From an uncultured archaeon (lineage in GTDB: Archaea > Asgardarchaeota > Lokiarchaeia > Sigyniarchaeales > SOKP01): a DNA stretch of 64,000 bases. The notes under the pieces are model-generated. The model did not search any database and was not told the origin of the DNA. It worked only from the letters and a program-made list of their open reading frames with translations. Below, one piece after another: positions 11,284-22,069 of this stretch. Location: assembly GCA_964486045.1 (NCBI GenBank), contig CAZALK010000001.1, positions 224,001 to 288,000 of the forward strand. Direction: 5' to 3'. Each line of letters starts with the position of its first letter. Within the stretch, counting starts at the first letter, position 1. The position numbers were made by a program, and so were the translations under genes.

Positions 11284-11982
11284 ATAATTGGTGACACTAA
11301 CATTAAAATTGTCGTTTCGGGTCCTTTACAGTCAGGAAAGTCGAGCTATATAAAATATCTAGATGGAAATGCTCTGAATGTAGAAGCAAAAGGTAAAGAC
11401 GAGAGATATTATACTGTAGGGATGGATTTGGGATCAGTAAAATTGAATGGGTTTGATTGCTATTTATTTGGAACACCCGGACTTCTTAGATTTTCAATAA
11501 TGCGAAATATAGTAACGAGTGGGAGTGATGGCATTATTTTCCTTTTTGATTCTGTTCATCCAGAAAAAGACGATAGCGCAATTGTTATTTTAAATTCTGT
11601 AAGAAAGTTACTTCCTTCAAACATCCCTGTAGTTTTTTTAGCTAATAAGCAAGATGTTGAAGGTGCTCGATCCCCTGAACTAATTCGTCAACAAAATTAT
11701 TTACCTGAAACCAGTAAAATTTTTCCTACAAGCACGACAACCGGTTTAAATGTTAAAGAATCAATTACTCATTTAGTAAATATTATTTATGAAGAATATT
11801 CATCACTTATCCAAGTACTTAGAACTTATGAAACCGATATTCCAGGATTGGCAGATGAATTAAAAAAAGATAGTACTGAGATAAAAGATTTATTAAATAA
11901 TCTTGAGATAAAGAGATTTATTGAGGTTGACAGAGTAAAGAAAACTTTTAAGGTTCGATCAGGGTTAAAATTTGTAATCTAA
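11284..11982 (+). CDS. Small GTPase (MglA/Arf-like) with C-terminal HTH-like extension; start extended upstream of the ORF call
   Basis: In-frame upstream sequence holds the P-loop KIVVSGPLQSGKSS; FGTPG and NKQD follow. No ATG/GTG/TTG lies between TAA 11281 and the P-loop, so the start is probably ATA or ATT. Confidence 0.8.
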   Translation: MIGDTNIKIVVSGPLQSGKSSYIKYLDGNALNVEAKGKDERYYTVGMDLGSVKLNGFDCYLFGTPGLLRFSIMRNIVTSGSDGIIFLFDSVHPEKDDSAIVILNSVRKLLPSNIPVVFLANKQDVEGARSPELIRQQNYLPETSKIFPTSTTTGLNVKESITHLVNIIYEEYSSLIQVLRTYETDIPGLADELKKDSTEIKDLLNNLEIKRFIEVDRVKKTFKVRSGLKFVI

Positions 11983-13859
11983 TCTTTTTCAGCGATTTCG
12001 AAAGGAGAAATCTCATCCATTTTATATTTTTCTTTTAACTCAATCAATTCAGATTTTTGTTGCTTGAGAATTCTCCAAAAAAATTGAGGTATCTCAAATT
12101 CTTTTTCGTAATTTATTTTAATTCTATTAACTTTCTGTAGAAGTCGCTCAATTTTTATTGTAAATTGTTCAATATATTCATGCTTTTTATACTCTTTATT
12201 TAAATATTGTGTAAAGAGGCTTTTTAAGTCCTGATAATTAGGAATATAGCCAATAGGTGTCTTAATAGCTTCAAATTCTCCATGAGTTCGCCCTTCTGCC
12301 CATAATACCCAAGAAAGCTTATCCAATACTTCATTAAGATATTTTCCATCTTTATCTTTTAGGAAATAATTCATTGCAAACACTTTAGGAGGGTTTACTA
12401 AGCTATTTCCAAATTTCTGGTGGTTTTCAAAATACTTACCTAATGGGATAACAATAAAATCTAAATTAGCCATAGGTTGTGCTTTTCTGATTCCTTCTGC
12501 ACCTAATGTTTGGGCCGTAGTCTCAGATTCTATCGTAGCGCCTAAAAAAACTCCATGTTCCCAATCAAGACTTTCCACTACAGGTGGCATTGTATGACTA
12601 TCTCGTCCTCCGTAAAAAATTCCGTTGATAGGCACCCCTTCGGGATTGTGGAGATTCGGATCAGCATTAGGTAATTCTTCAATACGAATTGTATACCGTG
12701 CATTAGGGTGGGCATGGGGGATATCTATTCCATTAACATCCTTTTTTCCTTGACACCACTTACCAGAAAAATTGATCCCTTCTTCTGGAACGACTCTTCC
12801 ATCTCCAATCCAGTAAGGACCTTTATCCTTAATCAGCACATTTGAAAAAATGGTTTCTCTGGGGGTTGTAATAGCCTCATATATAACAGGATCATTGTTA
12901 GCGTTAACATCTTTGATGATTCCAAAAACTCCTTGCTCAATATTAACCACATGGGCATAGCCATCTTCCCATTTCCGTAAGTAAGCTATATCATCTCCTA
13001 TAATAGTTTGACCAGGGAGCATTGCTGTAGAGGTTTTCCCACATCCTGAGGGATAAGCTCCACATACGAATGTTGAACGATTTTTCCCTAAAGGGTGAAT
13101 ACCTAAAATGAAATAATGCTCTGCTAACCAATTTTCATTGTTTGATTTATGAATTGCTAATCTTAAGGCAAGCTTCTTCAATCCAAGAGAATTTCCGGCA
13201 TACTGATTAAAACAGGATAAAACTCTTTTCTTATGCAAATCTATATATATCCTACGTTTACTAAGATCCTTAGTAACTGGGGGATCTCCTGCCAATTTTC
13301 CACCAGAATGAATAAAATAAAAGAATTCATCGGAACCGTTTAATTTTTTGAATTCTTCATAACCTGATCTATAAAGAATATCTTCTGAATGGGCTACGTA
13401 AAATGAATCAGTCAGTTGTACAGCAAGAATAGAAAATTTCGAATTTTTTGGTCCTAGACAGAAAAACCGTACCAAACACTCCCGATTCTTCATGCAACCA
13501 TCCATGATTTCCAAAATCTCTTTAAGTCCTTTTTCTCTTTCAATAGTGTTTATCCATGGGCTTGCGTAATCACCGACAGGGATTAGAACTCTCGTGTTTT
13601 CTTTATCTCGCGCTTGATCATGATTCGACATTGAATAGAATCCGTCATAATGTATAGAGTGTCCTTTAGTTTCCAATTTTGCTTCTTCGCCAATTTTAAC
13701 AGCCTTTTGTCTACAGTATTCAATGTCTTCCTTTGAATCGGTAATAACTGTGACTTTCGAGGGTTTACATAAATTAACAAAGTCATTAACTATTTTTAAA
13801 ATGTACTCATTGTTTAGAGCATCCAATTTTTCAAGATTAAGGGAATTTATTCTCTCCAT
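11979..13859 (-). CDS. pckG: Phosphoenolpyruvate carboxykinase (GTP)
   Basis: YAGNSLGLKK, WLAEH, AYPSGCGKTS, IGDDIA and AHPNARY motifs. Confidence 0.93.
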   Translation of the reverse strand: MERINSLNLEKLDALNNEYILKIVNDFVNLCKPSKVTVITDSKEDIEYCRQKAVKIGEEAKLETKGHSIHYDGFYSMSNHDQARDKENTRVLIPVGDYASPWINTIEREKGLKEILEIMDGCMKNRECLVRFFCLGPKNSKFSILAVQLTDSFYVAHSEDILYRSGYEEFKKLNGSDEFFYFIHSGGKLAGDPPVTKDLSKRRIYIDLHKKRVLSCFNQYAGNSLGLKKLALRLAIHKSNNENWLAEHYFILGIHPLGKNRSTFVCGAYPSGCGKTSTAMLPGQTIIGDDIAYLRKWEDGYAHVVNIEQGVFGIIKDVNANNDPVIYEAITTPRETIFSNVLIKDKGPYWIGDGRVVPEEGINFSGKWCQGKKDVNGIDIPHAHPNARYTIRIEELPNADPNLHNPEGVPINGIFYGGRDSHTMPPVVESLDWEHGVFLGATIESETTAQTLGAEGIRKAQPMANLDFIVIPLGKYFENHQKFGNSLVNPPKVFAMNYFLKDKDGKYLNEVLDKLSWVLWAEGRTHGEFEAIKTPIGYIPNYQDLKSLFTQYLNKEYKKHEYIEQFTIKIERLLQKVNRIKINYEKEFEIPQFFWRILKQQKSELIELKEKYKMDEISPFEIAEKD

Positions 13860-14023
13860 TAAGTCAATTCACTTATTTTTCTGTTGTAATAATTTCAAAT
13901 CGTTCTTAATGTGCTTAAGAAAACTGTATAGCTTTATTAATTTTATCTTACTTCAAAAGAACAAATCTTAAACACAAAACTTTAGTTAATAGAGAAAAAA
14001 ATTAAAAAAAAAATATATTATTA

Positions 14024-15613
14024 TTACATTCCTGGTGGTTTCGAGCCTTTTGCACTAATTATTCGATCTATCCGTAATATAAGATTAGCTAATTCGCTTC
14101 CAGACTTAATAATGTGGTTTACTAATTCAGCAGGTTCAACGATTCCCTTTTTAAAGTTATTACCTATTGTGTTTGTTATTGTATCGATTCCAAACCATTT
14201 ATCATCATCTGTTTTATGAGCAGCTCTTAACTCTGTGATTTTTTCGATTTCTTCTAAACCAGCATTTTGAATTAAAGCTCTAGGAATTTCTTCAAGGGCT
14301 AATGCAAAAGCTGAGACTGCAAGTTGTTCTTTTCCGCCAATTTTATTTGCAAATAATCTTAATTGTTTCGAAAGTTCTATGTAGATTGCTCCACCACCCG
14401 CTACAACAGTTTTTGTATCCATAATTTTAGCAATTACTGATAACACATCATGTAATGAGACTTCTGCAGTGCTGAGAATCTTATCGAGACCACCTTTGAG
14501 TAATATTGAGACTGATTTTGGGTTTTTACATCCGGAGAATAAGGTATAATCGTCATCACCGATTTTTTCAAATTCTACTTTATTGGCAAATCCTAGATCA
14601 TTTTGCTCCAAAGATGTTAGATCATCAACCAATTTCGCATCCACAGCTTTCATTATTGATTTATAGTCGCTTTCACCAACATTTTTAATAGCAACAATCC
14701 CTTCTCTAGCTAAATAAGCACCAAATTTATCAGAAATATCACTACTATTTACTATTGCATTAACTCCTAGATCCTTAAAGATTTTCAAATAATCTAGTAA
14801 TATTTTCTCTTCTTGATCTAGAAACCTCTGAATTTCAGTTGGACTAGTAATTCGAACTTGAGCATCAAACTCTGTTTTCTTCACATCTAATTTTCTTCTA
14901 ATTACAGCGATCTTTGCATCTTTTATTACATCAGGCATCATAGTGTTAACTTTTTCCTTTTGGATATATACTCCATGAATCAGTTTTGAATCTCTTAGAG
15001 ACTTTCCAGGTGCTTTTACTATTTTTACATTTGATACCTTATTATAAGTGTTACCTTCATCATCGGATATTTGTTTCACTGCTTCTAAAGCTAAACTTGC
15101 GAAAAAATCCTTGAGTGGAGAGATACCTTTAGAATTCATTGCTGTTTTAGCTGCGTTTATCAGAACTTCATCATCATCTTTGGAAATTGTTTCAGCCATT
15201 TCTCTGATGATTTCTAGGGATTTATCAGCTGCTAATTTATAACCATGCGTAATTGGTTTGGGATGAATATCTTGGTCAATTAAATCCAAAGCATTATTCA
15301 ACAATGAAGCAGAAAAAATTACAGCAGATGTAGTTCCATCTCCTATTTCTTCATCGATTGATTTTGCTACATTAACCATCATATTCGCTGCTATGTTTTC
15401 GATGTCAAGACTCTTTAAAATCTCGGCTCCATCATTGGTTATAGTCACATCTCCTAATGAGTCAACCAGCATCTTCGACATACCCTTAGGACCTAGAGTA
15501 GACCTCACTGTTTCAGAAATTGCAACCATTGCTGAAATATTTTGTTTTCGAGCTTCTCTTTCTTGAACTTCTTCTGTTCCCTCTTTTAGAATAATAATTG
15601 GAACGCCAGACAT
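14024..15613 (-). CDS. ths: Thermosome (group II chaperonin) subunit
   Basis: STLGPKGMSKMLVD, TNDGA, GDGTTS and VAGGGA motifs. Confidence 0.95.
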   Translation of the reverse strand: MSGVPIIILKEGTEEVQEREARKQNISAMVAISETVRSTLGPKGMSKMLVDSLGDVTITNDGAEILKSLDIENIAANMMVNVAKSIDEEIGDGTTSAVIFSASLLNNALDLIDQDIHPKPITHGYKLAADKSLEIIREMAETISKDDDEVLINAAKTAMNSKGISPLKDFFASLALEAVKQISDDEGNTYNKVSNVKIVKAPGKSLRDSKLIHGVYIQKEKVNTMMPDVIKDAKIAVIRRKLDVKKTEFDAQVRITSPTEIQRFLDQEEKILLDYLKIFKDLGVNAIVNSSDISDKFGAYLAREGIVAIKNVGESDYKSIMKAVDAKLVDDLTSLEQNDLGFANKVEFEKIGDDDYTLFSGCKNPKSVSILLKGGLDKILSTAEVSLHDVLSVIAKIMDTKTVVAGGGAIYIELSKQLRLFANKIGGKEQLAVSAFALALEEIPRALIQNAGLEEIEKITELRAAHKTDDDKWFGIDTITNTIGNNFKKGIVEPAELVNHIIKSGSELANLILRIDRIISAKGSKPPGM

Positions 15614-15799
15614 ATTTTTTCACGATATTATGATTTTTTAGAATTTTAAATTTAAATTCTTTATATGGATCCTCAAGTCATAAAAATAAAAAAAGTTTTC
15701 TAAAATTCCCTTTTACTTTTTTACTGATCTATTTTCTTTCCTGATTTTATGAATTATTTTTTATCAGTCTTAATATCTCTTCATTACACATAATGAAGG

Positions 15800-16282
15800 C
15801 TATGTTAATCTTCCGGAAGGATTTACCATTTCAACGAAGGAGCTATTTTTATACTCCTTGAGAATCATATTAGAATTAGTACGGGTTACTTTCTCCCTTT
15901 CATTTAATTCTCTAATGAATGCATGTACGTCTTCAGAGCTTTTAAACCTACAAATTAAAGCGGCTGATTGTTCTCCCGTTGTATGGAATACTGAGCAAAC
16001 CTCTGGTTTAAGGGAAATATCGTTTAAGATTTCTTCTGTAAATTTTCCATCGCAGTTGATTCTGATTAAAAAAGATAATTTATACCCAAGTTTGACATTA
16101 TTAAGTCTGAGAGTATAGCCTTCGATAATGCCATTGTCTCTTAGCTTAGAAATTCTGTTATGAATTGTCCCTATCGAAATTCCTAATCTGTCCTGAATCT
16201 CTCTGTAGGAGGTTCTTGCGTCATCTTGCAATATTCTTAAAATATTTCGATCAATATCATCGAGAGCCTTCTCTTTTTTCAC
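15800..16282 (-). CDS. Lrp/AsnC family transcriptional regulator
   Basis: LDDIDRNILRILQDDARTSY HTH followed by a RAM domain. Confidence 0.9.
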   Translation of the reverse strand: MKKEKALDDIDRNILRILQDDARTSYREIQDRLGISIGTIHNRISKLRDNGIIEGYTLRLNNVKLGYKLSFLIRINCDGKFTEEILNDISLKPEVCSVFHTTGEQSAALICRFKSSEDVHAFIRELNEREKVTRTNSNMILKEYKNSSFVEMVNPSGRLT

Positions 16283-16407
16283 AGAAGATCAACCCCAGTA
16301 CGTATTAATTATTATGCAAACAATATAATTTATTTTAAAAAATATATAAAACTTTAGAAATTCTAAATAAAAATCTCACATTTGATGAAAATTGTTTAAA
16401 TTTATTT

Positions 16408-16815
16408 CTAATAAACCTCATTAGGATCAAAAATTCTTTTGCTCTTCACTTTGAATTTTCCCTCGTCTAAGATTTTATGAAAGCAAGAATAATACCCTTT
16501 GTGGCAAGCTGCCATAATTTGTCTAACTTTAATTAAAACTGAATCATTATCACAATCTGTGAAAAAAGCTTTAATCTCTTGAACATGTCCACTAATTTCT
16601 CCTTTTTTCCATTCTTTTTGTCTAGATCTGGAATAATAATGAGCATGTCCCGTTTCTAAAGATTTTTGAATCGCTGACTGATCAGCAAAAGCAAGCATTA
16701 AAATTTCATTAGTTAGGTAATCCTGTGCAATAATAGGTATTAACCTACCTTCTATTTTTGAGAAATCTAATTGATTTATAATTTCTTCAACTTCAGTATG
16801 AGAAAATTTTATCAT
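16408..16815 (-). CDS. hisI: Phosphoribosyl-AMP cyclohydrolase
   Basis: YYSRSR..WKKGE.SG, DCDNDS and ACHKGYYSCF motifs. Confidence 0.92.
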   Translation of the reverse strand: MIKFSHTEVEEIINQLDFSKIEGRLIPIIAQDYLTNEILMLAFADQSAIQKSLETGHAHYYSRSRQKEWKKGEISGHVQEIKAFFTDCDNDSVLIKVRQIMAACHKGYYSCFHKILDEGKFKVKSKRIFDPNEVY

Positions 16816-16958
16816 AGTATCAAAATTTATTATTTTGTTTATATTTTTTTTAGTATCTAAATATTAAAAACAAAGATAAAAATGGTTAACAATTTTAAAC
16901 TTGATCCATGGTGTCAACAGCAAATTGCTGAGGAAGTTTAATATTTAAATAAGTTTCC

Positions 16959-18110
16959 TTAATTTTTTTTATTTATTAAATATTTTAAATCTACTTTTTC
17001 TTTTAGTAGATAATCTTCTAAGATGTCTTTTGCTTTTTCTCTCTGTTTTTGGTGCTCACTAAGGAATATATTGATTTTCTGTATCAGATCTTTTTTGCAA
17101 TCTCCACAAAGTAGCTCTCCTCCAAGACATTTTGATTGAATACTTCTAAGTTCATTATCATCTAATGTGAAAAGCATAAAATGGTATTTATAAACCGAAC
17201 ACACTGATGGATTTCCTCCTAATTCTCTTTGTAGTTTTGCGCTTGCTTGTCCACCCGTGAACGCATTACCTACTTTTTTTTTTACAGTTTCTGGTTTATC
17301 TATTGTAAAGATTGCAGTTTCTCCTTCTGATGCAGACATTTTTCCACCTTGTTGAAGACTCGGAAGAAATACACATTCAAGAATGGCTGGTTTATAAAAA
17401 CCGAGTTTTGGCAGAACATCCCTAGATAATCTAAAATGAGGGTCTTGATCAACTGCTAGAGGGATCAAACATGGAACATTTTTTTCCTCTATTAGACTTT
17501 TAATGATAGCTGGAACAGTTTGAATACTTGTATAGAATATTTGACCTATATTTGAACTATTGTTAAAACCAAATGTAGCTTTAACTGTGGAGAAGGTTAT
17601 TTTTTTAGCTATTTGTAGAGCGTTTCTATAAAGTGTACCTGCAAGATCAATATCAGAAAAAATAAATGTTTTCTTTGGATTGAATCCTAAAGCAATAATA
17701 TCTAAAGCATTATCATATGCATATTTATGAGTTTCTTCTAATGAAATAGATTGATTGAATAAAAACTTTTCATCATCAGTTAACTGGAACCATAATTCCG
17801 TACCAAATTTGTCCTGTAACCATTTTGTAAAGATCCAAGGCAACAAATGGCCTAAATGGACATTTCCAGAGGGCCCCCTTCCAGTATAAAGGTAAAATGG
17901 ATTTCCTTTTTCATATTCTTCAAGAATCCATTTAAAATCTCTGTGAGCAAAAAAAATTTTTCTTGTTAAAAATGGATGAATCTCTTGTGTAATCTCTTTA
18001 AGATGGAATAACAATTTTTGATCAATAGGTTCGATTCCAAACTCCTTAATTAGTAAATCATAATCTACATCACCACTAACTTCCCACGGAGTAACTATGA
18101 AATCAGGCAT
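16959..18110 (-). CDS. trpS: Tryptophan--tRNA ligase
   Basis: VTPWEV, YTGRGPS, HLGH, DQDPHFR, KMSAS; C-terminal C-x23-C-x6-C-x2-C; probable start MPDF at 18110. Confidence 0.93.
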   Translation of the reverse strand: MPDFIVTPWEVSGDVDYDLLIKEFGIEPIDQKLLFHLKEITQEIHPFLTRKIFFAHRDFKWILEEYEKGNPFYLYTGRGPSGNVHLGHLLPWIFTKWLQDKFGTELWFQLTDDEKFLFNQSISLEETHKYAYDNALDIIALGFNPKKTFIFSDIDLAGTLYRNALQIAKKITFSTVKATFGFNNSSNIGQIFYTSIQTVPAIIKSLIEEKNVPCLIPLAVDQDPHFRLSRDVLPKLGFYKPAILECVFLPSLQQGGKMSASEGETAIFTIDKPETVKKKVGNAFTGGQASAKLQRELGGNPSVCSVYKYHFMLFTLDDNELRSIQSKCLGGELLCGDCKKDLIQKINIFLSEHQKQREKAKDILEDYLLKEKVDLKYLINKKN

Positions 18111-18276
18111 TTTTAAGCAAAGCAATTTTTTAAAGTACTTTTTTAGGTAAAAATTTCATTTTTATTAGATTTTGGGATTTTTACAGTTAATATCTTTAGA
18201 AAATGATTGTCATAAAGCTAATTATGAGCAATTTTTAGATATGATCTTGAAAATATAATCCTACCACAGGTTCTGA

Positions 18277-18528
18277 ATGTGTATTACTGAACAGCAAAAA
18301 TTAGGTGGGGATCCCAAGATATGCATGATTTACAAACTGCTTATATATCATTTTGAAGAAGAGGATGAAAAATTAGCCTCAGACTATCAATTATGTATTA
18401 CCGGAAAGTTAATGTGTGGAACTCACAAAAAAGAATGTATTCAAAAAGTTTTAAAATTCATAGAAGTACACAGAAAGAAGAAGGAAAAATTCATAGATAA
18501 AGTTCGGGGATTACTCAAAATCGATTGA
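18277..18528 (+). pseudogene. Stand-alone fragment homologous to the TrpRS C-terminal (anticodon-binding) domain
   Basis: QKLGGDPKIC...CITGKLMCGTHKKE aligns with the adjacent TrpRS QRELGGNPSVC...CLGGELLCGDCKKD. Confidence 0.7.
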
Positions 18529-18554
18529 TTTCTTTCTACTTTTGATATAGGCAT

Positions 18555-19478
18555 CTAGATTAGTTCTTTCAGAATCTTGCTCAACTCTCCTAAGAAATCT
18601 GGGAATTTTCCCAGGAATTCCTCTCGTTGATTTTCTTTAGTCGCAACCGAAATGAAAAAGAACTCACTACCCACTTTCAATCTATGTAGGTATGAAAATA
18701 GTTTATGCTCAATTGAAGATATGTCGTGGTCAGATTCATATGTTTCTTCCTCCATTCTTTTTAGTAAAAAGAGATGTTCTTTAATGGAATCTAATAATTG
18801 GACATAAACCTCCGGTTCTATATTACTGTAATATTCAGAAATGATAATACCATTTCGATCAAAAACTATTAAGGCTTGGCTTTTGAATTCTTCTAAATAT
18901 CTCTCTAGTAACTCTGACATTTCGAAGAATTTATCATCAAAAACAGAAAGTCCATATGAGACTAATTGAACAATAGAAATAATATCATAAATAGATGTCT
19001 GTTGAAACAGAATTTTGAAATTTGAATATTTATCTAAAAGTTTCCCTCTCAATTTATCAATATTTTTTAAAATTTCAGTATCTCCCCTTAAATCAGGATC
19101 ATATTTATGGAAGGTGATTATTAAAGGAACATCCATTTTACTTTCGGTAAAAAAAGTTAAGATCGCATCTAAATACTCAAGAGAGTTCTCAAATCTTTCA
19201 CTGTCTTGGATATCAATCACATAAATGAGTAAGTCAGTAGCGTCGAAATAAACATCTTGATAATTTATATAAATCTCCCGGTACTGATCTTGGCCACCCA
19301 TATCCCAAAATATGGTATTATTTCTCAGGAAATTCATTTTATGATACTCTACTCTAATTGTAGGCTTTAGTTGAACTATATCCTTTTGAAAATCATATTT
19401 TTTATCTAAAGCTGTTAATATTGAAGTTTTACCAGCGTTATCCAAGCCTGAGATCACAACTTTTAATAAAGACTCCAT
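18555..19478 (-). CDS. Arf/Rag-like small GTPase with C-terminal roadblock/longin-like domain
   Basis: GLDNAGKTS, PT, WDMGGQ and HKYD motifs; C-terminal ALIVFDRNGIIISEY. Confidence 0.85.
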   Translation of the reverse strand: MESLLKVVISGLDNAGKTSILTALDKKYDFQKDIVQLKPTIRVEYHKMNFLRNNTIFWDMGGQDQYREIYINYQDVYFDATDLLIYVIDIQDSERFENSLEYLDAILTFFTESKMDVPLIITFHKYDPDLRGDTEILKNIDKLRGKLLDKYSNFKILFQQTSIYDIISIVQLVSYGLSVFDDKFFEMSELLERYLEEFKSQALIVFDRNGIIISEYYSNIEPEVYVQLLDSIKEHLFLLKRMEEETYESDHDISSIEHKLFSYLHRLKVGSEFFFISVATKENQREEFLGKFPDFLGELSKILKELI

Positions 19479-19770
19479 TGAAATTCATTCATAAACGTTT
19501 TTTAAATTTAATAAAATAATAAATCAAAACAATTTAAACTTCTTCGATTACAAAATCGAGTTTAAAACATAATTCTCCGACTCAATTTAAAATATTGTTT
19601 GCTATAATATCGACATACTATCTAAATATTATTTGTGTATGAATAATTTTTTCTTTTATTGAGAGGCTATTAAAAGGTGCATGATTTGGAACCAAATTTG
19701 ATGACATATAAATGATATTTATATTTTTTAAAGAAAATACCGTGATTTCAATCAATAGTCTAATTTATAA

Positions 19771-20013
19771 ATGGGAGTGATAATTTTGATTGAAATAAAC
19801 AATAAATTTTTAGAGAATTTAGAATATCAAATAAGTATAACTGAGAAATCTGAGATAACATATAAGAAAATTCCAGTATTCACCGAACAGTTGAAACATT
19901 TTGATAAATCCGTTATGAATCTTAGAGAAAAGTTTGAAAAAATACATCTTCGAGATAAATATCAAATAATAATATCAGAATTGGAAGACCTAATAAGCCA
20001 TTCAAAAAAATAA
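19771..20013 (+). CDS. Hypothetical protein
   Basis: 80-aa ORF; GGAGTGA SD-like motif suggests a TTG start slightly downstream. Confidence 0.4.
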   Translation: MGVIILIEINNKFLENLEYQISITEKSEITYKKIPVFTEQLKHFDKSVMNLREKFEKIHLRDKYQIIISELEDLISHSKK

Positions 20014-20038
20014 TAAATTACTACCTATTTTTTTAACC

Positions 20039-20461
20039 TTAGTCACCAATAATAGTACAGTATATTGTTCTTGATCTCGGCTTTTCGTCACATTCAATAA
20101 AGGAAATCTGTTGCCAAGTCCCTAATATTAATTTCCTATTCTTAAAGGGAAATGATTGGGAAGTTTTGATAAAAAAACTCCTTAAGTGGCCTGCACCGTT
20201 ATGATCTCCCCATGTTTTTGTGTGAGCATATTGGTTCTCATAGGGTATTAGTTTCTCTAAGAGTTCTTTGATGTCATGCTGTACTAGCCCAGGTTCATAT
20301 TCAATAGTTGAAATTGCTCCTGTAGAACCCGCTACATGCACATTTATAATTCCATTATTAATATTACTATTTCGGAGCAAATTTTGAACCTGAGTTGTGA
20401 TATTAATCACGTCACAATAAGCATTCGATTTTAACTCAAATGTTTGAATATTTACTGTCAT
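20039..20461 (-). CDS. YjbQ/UPF0047 family protein (secondary thiamine-phosphate synthase-like)
   Basis: GSTGAI..IEYEPGL, NGAGHLRS and LGTWQQI motifs. Confidence 0.88.
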   Translation of the reverse strand: MTVNIQTFELKSNAYCDVINITTQVQNLLRNSNINNGIINVHVAGSTGAISTIEYEPGLVQHDIKELLEKLIPYENQYAHTKTWGDHNGAGHLRSFFIKTSQSFPFKNRKLILGTWQQISFIECDEKPRSRTIYCTIIGD

Positions 20462-21510
20462 TTTTGTTTCTTTCTTCTATCACATTGATTAATATTTTTA
20501 ATTTGTTTTAGTACTGAATGAGGTAAATTCTTTTCGTTTCCTTCCTTTAATGCGATGATTTTTGCCAGAATGAGAAGTTCATCTTGGTTTAATCCCTCAA
20601 TATTAGTCCAGCCACTTGATTCTCCTGCTTCAATACAAATAAAGTAAGGTGCTTTGTTAAATTTTGAACATTTCTTGTCTTTACATTTTTCGCATATCTC
20701 AGGAAAGTAGTAGACTTTCCCATTCTTGATAAATAATGAAAATGTTCCGAAATTTTTATTATTTATTTTAATCCAATTAAGAGACTCATATTCAATATCT
20801 AAATCTAAATTCTGAATATAATTATTGAGAAGGTCAAGATTAACTATTTTTTGGTTAGATTGTAAGATATGGGTTTCTGGCTCATAATAATCATGACATT
20901 CATCTCGTATAACTGAATGTCCAAATAAAGCATCGAGGTGGATAAAATTTATAACAATTTTGCTTTCCAATTCTTTTTCTTTTATTCTTTTAAAAATCAT
21001 GGACGATAGTTGTTTAAATATTTCAGATTGATTAGAAATCTCAAATGTCTCAATTTTATTCTCAAGCGCAATTGAAATAAATTCTTCGCTATTGAAATAT
21101 GAGTTTACAATAAAATTTTGAGAGAGATTTTCAAGAATAACACAAAATACAAGCAATATATCAGGTGATGAATTTTGAATTTCATCGAAATATTGCTTTA
21201 TTTGGTCAACTTTCTCCTCCGAGATAAAAAAAATTATAGCGTCAGCACCAGAATAGAATGTTGAACGCAAAAAAGCTCTATCCTGAGTACAAGCTATATT
21301 CCATAAAAGAAATTCAAATTTTTGATCAAATTTGTAAAAAAAATCAAGTTTGCTAATATTAACACCAATATTATGCTTGTTTTCTATTGGTAAGCAATCA
21401 GAACTTATTCTTTTTTGAAACTCATCCTTATAATTTTCATAACCCCCGAGAATACATACCTTCTTTTTAATATATGTATGAATTGGATCAATAGTTTCAA
21501 AAGAGTGCAA
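20458..21510 (-). CDS. Degenerate Rab-like GTPase fold plus C-terminal Cys-containing domain
   Basis: KKVCILGG (P-loop lost), IGVNIS, LLWNIA, FYSGADAIIF; CEKCKDKKC near the C-terminus. Confidence 0.6.
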   Translation of the reverse strand: MHSFETIDPIHTYIKKKVCILGGYENYKDEFQKRISSDCLPIENKHNIGVNISKLDFFYKFDQKFEFLLWNIACTQDRAFLRSTFYSGADAIIFFISEEKVDQIKQYFDEIQNSSPDILLVFCVILENLSQNFIVNSYFNSEEFISIALENKIETFEISNQSEIFKQLSSMIFKRIKEKELESKIVINFIHLDALFGHSVIRDECHDYYEPETHILQSNQKIVNLDLLNNYIQNLDLDIEYESLNWIKINNKNFGTFSLFIKNGKVYYFPEICEKCKDKKCSKFNKAPYFICIEAGESSGWTNIEGLNQDELLILAKIIALKEGNEKNLPHSVLKQIKNINQCDRRKKQK

Positions 21511-21613
21511 TTTGACTTCCTCATAAAGATTTTAAGCTAAATCCAATAAATAATAAATTTTTTTATGAATTTTAATTTATTCTTTTTAGAAACTATCAAC
21601 ATAGGAATTATCA

Positions 21614-22030
21614 ATGAAAAAATTAGATGAATTCTTAAAAAAAATACACGACTCCAAATCCCAAATCCCAGAATATGCAAGTATTATAGTTAAACCTGGA
21701 AAGAAAGTATCAGACATTAAAATTAAGAAAGAAACTGCGAATATCTTAAAAGTAATTGCTCATGAAGAAAAGACCACAGGCTGGTTCTTACATTCTGTTC
21801 ATATTCCTTTAAATAATTTAGGTTTGACTTATAATTCCAAAGATAAGGAAATAATAGAATATTTATCTGAACCTAATAAGATTAAGAACAAACTAACTAA
21901 AGATTATGTCGAAAAAATTTTAAGAAAATATGTAGCTATTCTACCAGAAAAGAAGAAACATTTTTTTAAAACTGAAAGATTTAAGAAGAAGAAAGAATTT
22001 AAAACAGGAGCTCAATTAAAAGGATTTTAG
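21614..22030 (+). CDS. Hypothetical basic protein
   Basis: 138-aa ORF filling the intergenic space. Confidence 0.55.
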   Translation: MKKLDEFLKKIHDSKSQIPEYASIIVKPGKKVSDIKIKKETANILKVIAHEEKTTGWFLHSVHIPLNNLGLTYNSKDKEIIEYLSEPNKIKNKLTKDYVEKILRKYVAILPEKKKHFFKTERFKKKKEFKTGAQLKGF

Positions 22031-22069
22031 CTTAGAACTAGTTAGCTCCAATATCCGATTATTTATTTT

